Source: Stramenopiles sp. TOSAG23-2
Lineage: Eukaryota
NCBI GenBank assembly: GCA_900128395.1
Contig: LT649245.1
Location: 1-64,000 of the forward strand
Direction of reading: 5' to 3'
DNA length: 64,000 bases
Shown here: positions 38,201 to 49,224 of the stretch, piece after piece
Position numbering within the stretch: the stretch's first letter is position 1
Layout: every line of letters starts with the position of its first letter
Translations under genes and position numbers: made by a program
Notes under the pieces: generated by a model
Seen by the model: only the letters and a program-made list of their open reading frames with translations
Database searches by the model: none
Told to the model about the DNA's origin: nothing

Positions 38201-41200
38201 TTCTTAATCTATTAATCATGGATCTTCTTCTCCAATAAAACATATACGTAAATCCAGCCATGATCAATGCTATTGGGTCTATAGGGGCTAGCAGGACTTG
38301 TTGGAGTATAAACAGCCGTTTTCGCCCTATCGTATTCCGTCTATGAATTTGACTCTCCTTATCATGTTCAACAGTATCTTCCTGGAGATGTTTGATCGTA
38401 ATGGGTAAACGCCACAAAGTACATAGAGAAATGATTACAAATGGAATATCTATCAAAAATGTTACAAAATGCCCCACAATAGCAAGATGTGGTGTTATAT
38501 TATATCTGTTCTCATGTTTCATCCATAGTGGATTTTGAAGCTTTTGATGCAATTTGGATCCTCTCCATCGAAAAATCCATGTAATAACGTACATAATAAG
38601 TGCTATTGGATCTAACAAACTTAGCAAAGCTGCATTAAATGCATAACCAAATTTATTCCAACATGGATCCCAACATGCGTATCCTAGCTTTTCTTTAATA
38701 GCTTTATTATCAATACTAATTATGTCTTTTACAAGATAGTAAAATCTAAATGGGTTCAATATTGAAATGAATGACAACACAATAATTGGAGATTGTATAA
38801 TAATCCAAAATAAATTGCAAAAAGAACATACATGGAAGAAGAAAAAATTGTTAAATGATTCCGGATATAATTCCTCTAGTTTTCCTCCCGAGCCGGTGTC
38901 TTTTTTATTATCACTATCGCCATTTTTATTACGATTATTATTGGCGGTATTGTTTGGCGTTAAATTCGTTTTTACACTCCCAGCTGCCTCTTCTTCATCG
39001 TTTTCGTGTTCTTCTTTTGGATCTTCAGCAACAGCTATACTTTCCATACGAGCACGATCATTTTCATAACGCCAATATGCAACTAATTCTTTTTGTAATA
39101 TGGTAAAACGAAAAAATGTCAAAAAACTTATTATACAAGCTGCAATAGCTAACCAATCGAAGAATGCAGCCAACGTATGTTTAATTGCTACTTTCCAAAA
39201 TGACCAGATATTTTTATCACGAAGTTTATATTCTTTTTTTACTAACCAATATATGCGGTACGGGTTTATAATTGTAAACATAAATACTATTGTGAAAGCG
39301 ACAAGTTCAGCTAGTGCAATGAAAAATGATTTCCATGTAAGAATGTAGTAAGATAGGGTCCAAAATCCATATTTTACCTTTTTGACTTGCTTACGCCATG
39401 TTGAATACCGAAGCGGGTAGGTAATGACTAAAAAGAGAATCAATGGTACATGCAAGAGATCGACTACACAGTACAGCGCTTGCAATACTATAATGCCATG
39501 GGCAAACCTTTCGCTATAGTTAATAACAGCCTTCACATTCTGTTTTTTGTCATCAACTTTTACATCCTTTTTATGCTTCCCATCTCTATCATCAGTGGCC
39601 ATATCTTGTACTATTATTTCTTCCTGATTATTTTGCTCCTTTTCTTTTGTATTAGTATTGCAGCATACAAATGTACATTCTTTGCGATTTGAAGCGAAAA
39701 TAGATCTTTTAAGTGGTTCGTATCTTCCAAATAGATTGAAACTGAAAAGAACAATTATAAAAAATGGCAGCGTTATTATATCTAAAATAACATACTTAAA
39801 ATTAGTTAACCCATACCATCGTATATCCCATATCTTCGCATTTTTTTCATGTTGAACAGTGTGTTTCACCAAGTTACAAGCCCGCCAAATACCACATAGA
39901 CTAAGTAAGCCCAATAGAATAAAAGGCTATTTTATTTTATTTATAGCATTATGAGCGCACAAAGAGAAATAAGTAAATTTTTAGTTAGCGGTTTGTGTAT
40001 TAAGACATGGTGGGGAGATTGGTGCGAGTTATTCTTCAAGCATTACTTACACTATCTATAACACCATTCTTAAATTGATCCCAGATAGATTGACGTCTTT
40101 CCCTTGTCACTTCTACTTCATTAGATGGAAACACCAACAAATTCTTCACAGAAATTAATATGATTTTCCATCGCCAAATAAACGGAATCGATGCAATAGC
40201 CAATATTATAAATGGTATATCAAGAAATGCTGAGCGTAATTGATTTGAGTATATCATCAATACACTTGGCTCCCATTCAACAGGCTCATTATCTTTTCCT
40301 AAATATGATCCAGTAAATCCACGACGTTTGTTCTTTGACAAATCACTAAATAATAATGGAATGCGATAAAAAAATATTAATATAAATGGAATCTCGATTA
40401 ATATTAATATATCCAATAATAATTGTAAACAATGATATGTTACAATTTTACGACGATGTACTGCATTATTATCTGATTTATACAAATCGAGGAATAGCAA
40501 AATACCACGATAACCAGTACATACTAATACAAAACCGAGTATGATGAATGGTATATCAAGAAATGCTGAGCGTAATTGATTTGAGTATATCATCAATACA
40601 CTTGGCTCCCATTCAATAGGCTCATTATCTTTTCCTAAATATGATCCAGTAAATCCACGACGTTTGTTCTTTGACAAATCACTAAATAATAATGGAATGC
40701 GATAAAAAAATATTAATATAAATGGAATCTCGATTAATATTAATATATCCAATAATAATTGTAAACAATGATATGTTACAATTTTACGACGATGTACTGC
40801 ATTATTATCTGATTTATACAAATCGAGGAATAGCAAAATACCACGATAACCAGTACATACTAATACAAAACCAAGTATGATAAATGGTATGTCCTTGAGT
40901 ATTTTAAGAAAGTTATTCCATATTATAAATTTTCTATCATCTTCATCTGCGCCTTTTAATTCTTCCCATGTATCAGATACACGATAAATGGTAACAAGTA
41001 TGAACAAAAGAGGTATAGGAATAAAAATTAATTCTCCCAATCCACGAAAAGCTTGTTCCATAGTAAAGATACGTATTTTTAATTCGCTCATTTCATGTTC
41101 TACATTTGTTCTATACTCATTATAATGTTTCCATATTGCATTATGAAAATGATTCCGCCAGAAAAATACAAATGCAATAAGAAAGAAAGGAAAAACAATA

Positions 41201-41673
41201 ATATCAAACAATGCTAATGGTATTTGTTGCAATAAATACAGCCTCCAGTTTAATTTATCATTTTTTGGCTTCCTATATAAATGTCGCCAACGCCAAAAAC
41301 AAGGCAATATAAGAATTTGAGTCGTTGAAAATACCAAGAAATCAATTATTCCAGAAAATGCACCAACGACAATTTGAGTGATTTGTTTTATTTTCTTATC
41401 ATCCGGTGCATATTGATTATTCATAAATGTTCCGACAAAAATACCACCGCAACATGTTACAATAAACAAAAGAAATGTAATGATAGATACGAATGACCTT
41501 TTTAATCTGCTACTTGCAATATCGTCTACTGCGATAATAGAATTTTGAAACTTTGATAAAAAAAACGAAAATGGAAATGCAAGCGCTCGAAAAGGTAGTA
41601 AAAGACATGGGACTAATAAGCGCAATAAGTTTAAAATTAAAGGTTCCTCCCCATTGCTATTTTGTCTATTCAT
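29230..41673 (-). CDS. Giant (about 4,041 aa) repeat membrane protein with UBA-like x3 and F-box-like inserts; exons 41673-40051, 39926-35846, 35741-34128, 34037-29230
   Basis: Four long track ORFs are linked by three GTAAGT...AG introns with compatible phases (0,1,1). Two splice junctions rebuild the repeat motif itself: VIDS|PFILLGLLSLCGIWR and CCDFP|FILVYVLVSMVPWR. Confidence 0.88.
40211..40882. repeat. In-frame 336-bp (112-aa) tandem duplication in exon 1 of the giant gene
   Basis: 40211-40546 vs 40547-40882; three substitutions seen (two synonymous, one I/V). Confidence 0.9.
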
Positions 41674-42356
41674 GAATTAATGGAAGCAAACGATTAATCC
41701 GCTATCTCTTACCAAAAAAATATTTTGTTTATACGGTTTTGCTATAATAAATAATTATTAATTATGTAAAAAACCAAACAAATGTTTGTTTGTTTTTAAA
41801 CAACACCTTTTTTTCTACATACATACACAATTTAAAATTCAATAACTTTTTTTCCAAATAATCTACTGTAACTGTCGTCACTTACACATACATATATATT
41901 AATAGTCCTATGGTCTCCTCCTGTATTTCGTATCAACTTTTTAAATTTTAAATGAGATAGCTAGCTAATTATTATAATACCTGCTATGTCATGCTATTTT
42001 AAATTTTTGCCCATTTATGGCGAAAAATATCTTTTTTTTGAAACTGGTTTAAATAGCAAACACACAGCACTAATCTATTCCAACTTTTTGTGTGTGTATT
42101 ATTAGATTATAGTTCAATTTAAATTTAATTAATAATAACGAAATGCCAGAATGCACAAATCAAATAATAATTGGAATTTTTCCATGCAACGCCGCGCCCA
42201 TCCTTCACCATTTGCTTTTTTTATTTCTTCTATTCCTTATTTATTGATCTTCATGAGCATTAATTTTTGTTTTTAAGAAAGAATTTTTAAGTTTTGGTAA
42301 AGGTTTGTTAGATAAATTATTTATATATAATTGCTACATAAGAATAGTGTCAAAAA

Positions 42357-44891
42357 ATGACTGATAAGCTAAATCCACCTACGGTAGGTAGACAAACGAC
42401 GCAAGATCTACTGAAAGAAAGTGATTTACCTGCCATGTTTGAACGTCGCAGTATTGTATTGCAGCCAGAGGAAAGGGCACGACAAATGCCGCTGCAAAAT
42501 TTTTTGGAAAATATAGATTTCTTTCCATACAACGAACCAATTAAAGAGAGAAGAAGTGCGAAAAGTGGTATATGCACTATTTTGGCTATGATATTTGGAG
42601 TCATATTTAGCATTTTATTATTAGTTGAATTGATAGAAGCAAGAGAAACTATCAATAGGGAATATGTTCCCATGCCAAAAACACCCGAATGGCCAAATAT
42701 AACACAGCCTGTTCCACAATTTCTAATACAACCTGGGGGTGAAATGTGGAAAGAACCGTACAAAAATAATCCGAGTTATTATACTATTGAAATGAACCAT
42801 AATACCATTTGGGAAAGTTATAAATGTAAAAGGGCAACCGGATGCAAAGACAAAACACTTGTTAAATCAGGCGTGTGTGAAGTTTCATTAGGTTATGGCG
42901 ATAAATTGGAAGGATATTGTCCAGATGATCAGAGTAATCTTCCAAAAGTTTTAGGAATGTTTGAAGATCCGCGCTATGATTACATTACTATTGATGTTAC
43001 ACCATGCCGTGGGAAACCAACGTGTGCACCATTGTCTGATATCAAAGCATTGTTTTGGGGTAATCGAAGTACAGTTAGTATATGGACGCAGGAAGGCCAT
43101 GGCGATGATGTAAAATGGACATCGCGCGTTTATCGTAACTTTGAAAATGGATTTTGGGTTGGGATTGAAACATATTTTCAACCTAAACGACATCTTGAAA
43201 GAAATGTTTTTGATGCAATTCGTGTAAACTTTACGGAACTAGTCTTTCATCGCACTGAACTTCGTAGAGGTGTTCTTGAAGATGAAATTATGAGAATTTA
43301 TTTTCGAATGAGTACATCAGCTATTAAAGAAAATACAGTAGTGATGACATTTCTAGGGTTTTTAACAAAATTAGGTGGTATATTTAGTTTAGTTATTTTG
43401 ATCTTTGGTAACATGGGCCGGTTTTACAATCGTAGTAAATCATATGTCATACGACGTGCCAAGAAAAAAGCTCTTGCAAATGCACGTGGTAAAGAAATTG
43501 CGCCTTATAATATAGGAGAAATTGGTGCAAGACCAGGTACAGGAGGAAACACTGGACGATTATGGCAAAATGCAAAATGCTTTAGTTGTGGTAAACCAGG
43601 CAATATGAAACATCCTTTTTATCCAAATAGCAGACATCAGAAGAGAACAAATGATTCATACAGCCTTAATGGATTTTATTGTGTATGCAATACGCATAGA
43701 AATTATAGTCCAGATGGTAAAAAAAAACCGTATGTTTTACCTAATCAAGTTGTTCAACACCAAGGCAACAATACAGGAAATAATATTGAAAGACAGGTTG
43801 TTGTAGCACAAAGAGATTTCAAACCAGTTATGTATCAATGGCAACATCGTAATGATAATCAAGCATATTGGGAAAATTATGATCAACGATTATCTGGTTT
43901 GCTTGAAGATGCATTAGTAAATGGTGAATATTCATACTATGATAAGGAAACAGGAAGTGCATTTGATCTTCGTCAATGGAAACAATTTGAAGGAGACAAC
44001 ATCCATACAATTCAAAGAGTCTTTCGAGCACCAGATAAAGAAACACAAATATGGACATGTATTCAATGTGGATTGGTACAAAATGGAAAGCCTGAATGTT
44101 ATATGTGTGGATGGAAACGACCAAGTAGTGGTGGCGCTATACCAGTTGTCCAAGCTCAAGTATTAACTGATGAAACAAAGAAAAACAAAGATGGTTTGGA
44201 TGTTGTGCTCATCTTTGATTACAATCATGATGCATTGAAGCAATTTGGCCAACGAGCGACACAAAATATTGCACAATTGTTTAATCAATATGATGCTGCT
44301 CAACAAAATCTTGGCAACGAAGGGACAAAATTACGTATTGGATTTATCATAGTTGGAAAATATAATGATGATGTCAAGGATGTCAACGATGCGCAAAATA
44401 ACATTTTACCTATCAATGTCTTTGATCTGACTGATTCTGTTGAAGATATTGCTAAATTTTTGGATTTAAATGGCAAGCCTGTACAGCATGTACTCAATAA
44501 CAATGATAAACGTTTATCATATGAACTTGCTCTTTTCCAAGCACGAAAGCTTTCCTGGTTAGCAAATACAAGGAAAATCTTTTTATTTAGTAGCAACAAC
44601 GTCGTTCCATATGATAGAAATGAAAAATACAATATCATGCAATTGGAATGGAGACAAGAATCACAATTGCTTGCAGCATCTGGTGTTGTATTTTATAATT
44701 TCTTAAAAACCCAACAAACTAACGGAAGTGCGTGGCAAAAGTACATATGCAATTTAAGTGGTGGTACAGATGCTAAATATGATATAACGGGGTTGGAAGA
44801 TGTTATAATTAAAATGACCTTGTTGGGAATGAAAAAAAATATAAATCGTACAAATAAAAATGGTGATGATGAGCAGAAAGAAGGGAATTGA
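42357..44891 (+). CDS. 2-TM protein with Cys-containing ectodomain followed by WWE, RanBP2-type zinc finger and degenerate vWA domains
   Basis: TM1 GICTILAMIFGVIFSILLL; TM2 TFLGFLTKLGGIFSLVILIFG; WWE-like YQWQHR...WENYD...LLEDA...FDLRQWKQ...RVFR; zinc finger WTCIQC...CYMCGWKRP; vWA-like LDVVLIFD...LRIGFI...YELAL...LSW. Confidence 0.85.
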   Translation: MTDKLNPPTVGRQTTQDLLKESDLPAMFERRSIVLQPEERARQMPLQNFLENIDFFPYNEPIKERRSAKSGICTILAMIFGVIFSILLLVELIEARETINREYVPMPKTPEWPNITQPVPQFLIQPGGEMWKEPYKNNPSYYTIEMNHNTIWESYKCKRATGCKDKTLVKSGVCEVSLGYGDKLEGYCPDDQSNLPKVLGMFEDPRYDYITIDVTPCRGKPTCAPLSDIKALFWGNRSTVSIWTQEGHGDDVKWTSRVYRNFENGFWVGIETYFQPKRHLERNVFDAIRVNFTELVFHRTELRRGVLEDEIMRIYFRMSTSAIKENTVVMTFLGFLTKLGGIFSLVILIFGNMGRFYNRSKSYVIRRAKKKALANARGKEIAPYNIGEIGARPGTGGNTGRLWQNAKCFSCGKPGNMKHPFYPNSRHQKRTNDSYSLNGFYCVCNTHRNYSPDGKKKPYVLPNQVVQHQGNNTGNNIERQVVVAQRDFKPVMYQWQHRNDNQAYWENYDQRLSGLLEDALVNGEYSYYDKETGSAFDLRQWKQFEGDNIHTIQRVFRAPDKETQIWTCIQCGLVQNGKPECYMCGWKRPSSGGAIPVVQAQVLTDETKKNKDGLDVVLIFDYNHDALKQFGQRATQNIAQLFNQYDAAQQNLGNEGTKLRIGFIIVGKYNDDVKDVNDAQNNILPINVFDLTDSVEDIAKFLDLNGKPVQHVLNNNDKRLSYELALFQARKLSWLANTRKIFLFSSNNVVPYDRNEKYNIMQLEWRQESQLLAASGVVFYNFLKTQQTNGSAWQKYICNLSGGTDAKYDITGLEDVIIKMTLLGMKKNINRTNKNGDDEQKEGN

Positions 44892-45660
44892 TATTTACGT
44901 GTAATAATATTTTTTAGTTTATCATAAACGCATATATATATTAAATTTTAACCAACAAATATAATAAGTATTTTCTCTGATATTATCCTTAATTTAAATT
45001 ATTCACCTATCACTTTCCTCGTTTGTTGTACTTGTTATACTAGAATATTAACCAGATATTCTGTGACAACTCCAAATCCCGTAGCGTCATGGGTTTTGGT
45101 TAAGTACAAGTTCTGTAGTCTCTTCTCCGAAGAACTATTTGATAGGCGCAATACATGAGGATATATATCAGGTGTATATTTTAATAATTTAAAAAATAAA
45201 ACTACACAGAATGGGAAAAACTTTTTTAACCAGGAATACATCTCGTTAAGGTTGCTAACATATATTAATATAATAATATGAGAATATGAGCTATATTATC
45301 CTTAACCTTACTGCAACAACTAGTTTTTTGCCGTGGATGGAAATGATGATGATGCAATTCTCAGACAATTTAGCAGGTAAATAGTACAGAACTCTTACCA
45401 AAAGCTGATTGCTGTTTTCTGGTTTGAGGAACAATAGTATACATATACTGTTGTCAGAGAGTCTCTGCTGTTGTGGTTATACCTGTAATAATACTGGAAA
45501 TTATTATATATAGTATACCAGGTGGTATTCACAAAGACTAAACTGTTTGTTCCATTCATCCACTCAGACAATATTTATTAATTTTGTTTTGTGACATATA
45601 AATTATATATACAATATATAGTGCGTGTTTTTCTCTCTCTTTCTCTGTGTGTGCAACAAC

Positions 45661-47342
45661 ATGTTACCACCAATTGTTGGGAATGTTGAATGGGTTGTTA
45701 CCAAAGTCTCGTCTGTATCATCTGTTGGTGTTGGTATTTTTTTATTAAATGCTGCAGTGAATTATAGTGAAAATTTAATATTTGATAATATAGACCCTAC
45801 AACACATATAAGTGACGTTGGAGAAAAAACATATATGACGTTGGTGGATAATGCAAAAATGGCACAAATTGCTATGCAACAATTTGGTTGCTTCTTTTTA
45901 GATAAAAAAACCATGAAAGATGCAACGGAGAAACTAACAGATGTATTTGATATAACATTTGGCACTGCATATGTACATTTATCAACACTTGCTAAATATT
46001 TATTTGGTGAAGATTATGATAGAAACTAACAGATGTATTTGATATAACATTTGGCACTGCATATGTACATTTATCAACACTTGCTAAATATTTATTTGGT
46101 GAAGATTATGATAACAACAATAAATATAGAAATATTAATACAAAAACAAATCAATCAAAAATGCAATACGAGGATGATGATGAGAACGATATAAAATTAA
46201 CCTCGATAAACGTTGATATTAACGTCAATGACAATAATAATAACAATGATACAAATCGCAGTAATAATAATGCTCTTGATATATCTATAACTAAAAACAA
46301 AGATGAGGAGAATAAACCAGAAAATGAAACGTCGTTGAAACTTATAAAGAATATTGCATATATCTCACTGTCTACGTTAACATTAGGTGCAGCAACTGTG
46401 GCTTTCCTTCCATTATTTTCATTGCAATGTTTATGCAATCCGCGTTTAGCATTCCTAGGCAGCGTACGAGCAGCTACATTTACATTATTTATTTTAACAC
46501 ATCCAATTCATACGAAAAGTTTAATTGCATATTATGTATATGAAACGTCACAAACGTCGAAATTAGATGATGATATTAATCATGCCATTCGGCAAACGAA
46601 AATAAAAAGTATAAACAATGGCCAATTGTCCGGACCAGATACGCCAGCATCGTCGTCCAGCATCATAGTTATAGATAAACCAAAATCAATTATCAAAGTA
46701 CGTGTTGTGAAAGCTAATAATTTAAGAACTACAAAAGGTTTCTTTGGATATTGGAAAGAAAATCGTAGTCCATATGTTGAAGTTTATTTAACGTCAGTTG
46801 ATGAAGAGACGAAAGAACAATTTGTACAAAAAATAGGCAAAACTTCTACGCGCAATTCAACTGTAAATCCAAGCTGGGAACATAGCGATGAAGTGATCGA
46901 ATTTGAAGTATTAAACGATGATATCAAAACTGTTGTGGAAAAAATTAAATTTAAAATTTTCAGTGAAAGTGCACAACCAGGTGTTGGTGTGAAACATTTA
47001 GGTGATGCTGAGACTGATGTTCCTTCACCAATAAATGAGGAAACACAACAGTTTTTACAAAATCCAAATACGACACCAATTAAACAACGTAGTATTAGTA
47101 GCAATAGTAATGATGTTGATGAGGGTTTTGTATTGTCTGATGATGAAGGGAAAACAGAACAAATTGTTCAAACAAATATTACAATGCCCAAAGTCGATTC
47201 GCTTGAGAAAATTCCATTGTTTGTTACTCGATTAGACACTCGTGTTTTAACAATAATTGATCCACAAATGCCTGATGGTAATATTGACATTGGTACAATA
47301 ACTGTTAATATTGGTCATTTTATTGTTGATGAGACTTTGTAG
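45661..47342 (+). CDS. Membrane protein with C-terminal C2 domain
   Basis: Two ORFs join in frame after removing the 92-bp duplication; IKVRVVKANNL...SPYVEV...KTSTRNSTVNPSW is C2-like. Confidence 0.8.
45930..46113. repeat. Exact 92-bp tandem duplication (probable artefact)
   Basis: 45930-46021 = 46022-46113. Confidence 0.95.
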
Positions 47343-47460
47343 AAAAGGGGGTGAAGAGATGCATATATATCTCTTTACTCTGCTGTGTGTGTGTGTGTTT
47401 GTGTATCAAACAGCACGGTGGTTTGAACCACGAGAAAATGATGATAAAATTAAAATTAAA

Positions 47461-48651
47461 TTACAACAAACTTTCGTATCTTTTGTACATGAATTCAGTT
47501 TTTTTTGCATGCCTAACTGCATCACTTGCAATTAATTCTTGAATACGTTTTAATTCAGTTTGTGGCCAACTACTTCCATGCTCAAATGTTTGTTTTGCTA
47601 TATGTTTGTAATATGGTAACATTTTCACCGCTAATTTTTGTTTACTACTAACAATAATATTATTCACGTCGTAAGTGACTGCCTTGTCTTCCGTATCATC
47701 TTTCTTATCTATCGTTGTCATTTTTTCAATATCATCAAATTCCTTCATGGCTTCTTCTGCTACTTTCATATTATTATCAAAGATGGAATCCATAAATCTT
47801 GCAGCGCAATCTTGTAAATTTGTTGTTGTGCCAGCATAATCTAATACATTTCCTCCTGTCATTCGCAATGCACCTGATGCTTTATTGAGGTAATGTACAT
47901 AATTTTGTGGAGAATATCCCTCGTCATAAATACGAGGTACATCACTAAATTCACCAGATGGAAAAAATAATATTGTAGGATAACTAGTAACCCCGTATTT
48001 CAATGCATATTCTGGATGGTTTTCAACATCCATTTTACCTAATGTAATATGATCATCCGATCTATATGTTTTTGCAACAATGTCATAATCTTTTAACAAC
48101 TGTTTGCTTTCTTTACTAAAATCAGCATAAAAATAAACCATAACATTTTGTTTTTGATCCAATACGATTCCATCAAAATTTAATGGAGTCAACTTTACCA
48201 CATATGTTTCTGCTGGTCGTATTTGTTTATTTAAGTTTAATTTTTTATTGACAAAAGCAACCATATCCTCCGCATTTCTTCCACCTTTGAATCGTTTTGG
48301 TGTATTTGGCGCCCCTTTTGCATACCATTTAAGGGTTGGAAAACCAGTGATTTCATGCCTGGAGCTTAATGCTTTTTCTTCATCTGCTTTTACTTGTGCT
48401 ATGATAACACCGTCACTTGGTCTAAATGTTGCTGCAACTTTTTCAAGTTCTGGATATACTTTTTGACTATGCCTGCACCATGGCGCAGCAAATAAAACAA
48501 GTGCACTACGTTCACCATCCATAATCATATTCCAATTTTCATCATCAAGCAACACTATTGAAGAATATTTACCATGTGCCGTTCCAGATACATTAGTTGT
48601 ATGATATAAACATAGTACAATAATAAATGTTATAATAGTTTGTTTATTCAT
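47461..48651 (-). CDS. Protein disulfide-isomerase-like protein (a-a'-ERp29C type) with degenerate active sites
   Basis: Signal peptide, two thioredoxin folds (APWCRHS, ADFSKES; GFPTLKWY, SYPTILFF) and a helical ERp29-like tail. Confidence 0.88.
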   Translation of the reverse strand: MNKQTIITFIIVLCLYHTTNVSGTAHGKYSSIVLLDDENWNMIMDGERSALVLFAAPWCRHSQKVYPELEKVAATFRPSDGVIIAQVKADEEKALSSRHEITGFPTLKWYAKGAPNTPKRFKGGRNAEDMVAFVNKKLNLNKQIRPAETYVVKLTPLNFDGIVLDQKQNVMVYFYADFSKESKQLLKDYDIVAKTYRSDDHITLGKMDVENHPEYALKYGVTSYPTILFFPSGEFSDVPRIYDEGYSPQNYVHYLNKASGALRMTGGNVLDYAGTTTNLQDCAARFMDSIFDNNMKVAEEAMKEFDDIEKMTTIDKKDDTEDKAVTYDVNNIIVSSKQKLAVKMLPYYKHIAKQTFEHGSSWPQTELKRIQELIASDAVRHAKKTEFMYKRYESLL

Positions 48652-49224
48652 GTTTTTTTTATTCAAATAATTTATAATTATATATAATTATATATAATTA
48701 TAAATTATTTGAATAAAAAAAACATGAATAAACAAACTATTATAACATTTATTATTGTACTATGTTTATATCATACAACTAATGTATCTGGAACGGCACA
48801 TGGTAAATATTCTTCAATAGTGTTGCTTGATGATGAAAATTGGAATATGATTATGGATGGTGAACGTAGTGCACTTGTTTTATTTGCTGCGCCATGGTGC
48901 AGGCATAGTCAAAAAGTATATCCAGAACTTGAAAAAGTTGCAGCAACATTTAGACCAAGTGACGGTGTTATCATAGCACAAGTAAAAGCAGATGAAGAAA
49001 AAGCATTAAGCTCCAGGCATGAAATCACTGGTTTTCCAACCCTTAAATGGTATGCAAAAGGGGCGCCAAATACACCAAAACGATTCAAAGGTGGAAGAAA
49101 TGCGGAGGATATGGTTGCTTTTGTCAATAAAAAATTAAACTTAAATAAACAAATACGACCAGCAGAAACATATGTGGTAAAGTTGACTCCATTAAATTTT
49201 GATGGAATCGTATTGAATCAAAAA
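48151..49224. repeat. Spacer-less palindrome with 537-bp arms duplicating the PDI 5' half (probable fold-back chimera)
   Basis: 48151-48687 mirrors 48688-49224, centred in TATATAA|TTATATA, with one mismatch near the outer end. Confidence 0.95.

Noticed and set aside
29230-41673. Four independent membrane protein genes, or a known channel such as Piezo
   Set aside because: Canonical introns join the ORFs in phase and rebuild the repeat motif. I saw no pore or family signature, but a profile search is still needed.
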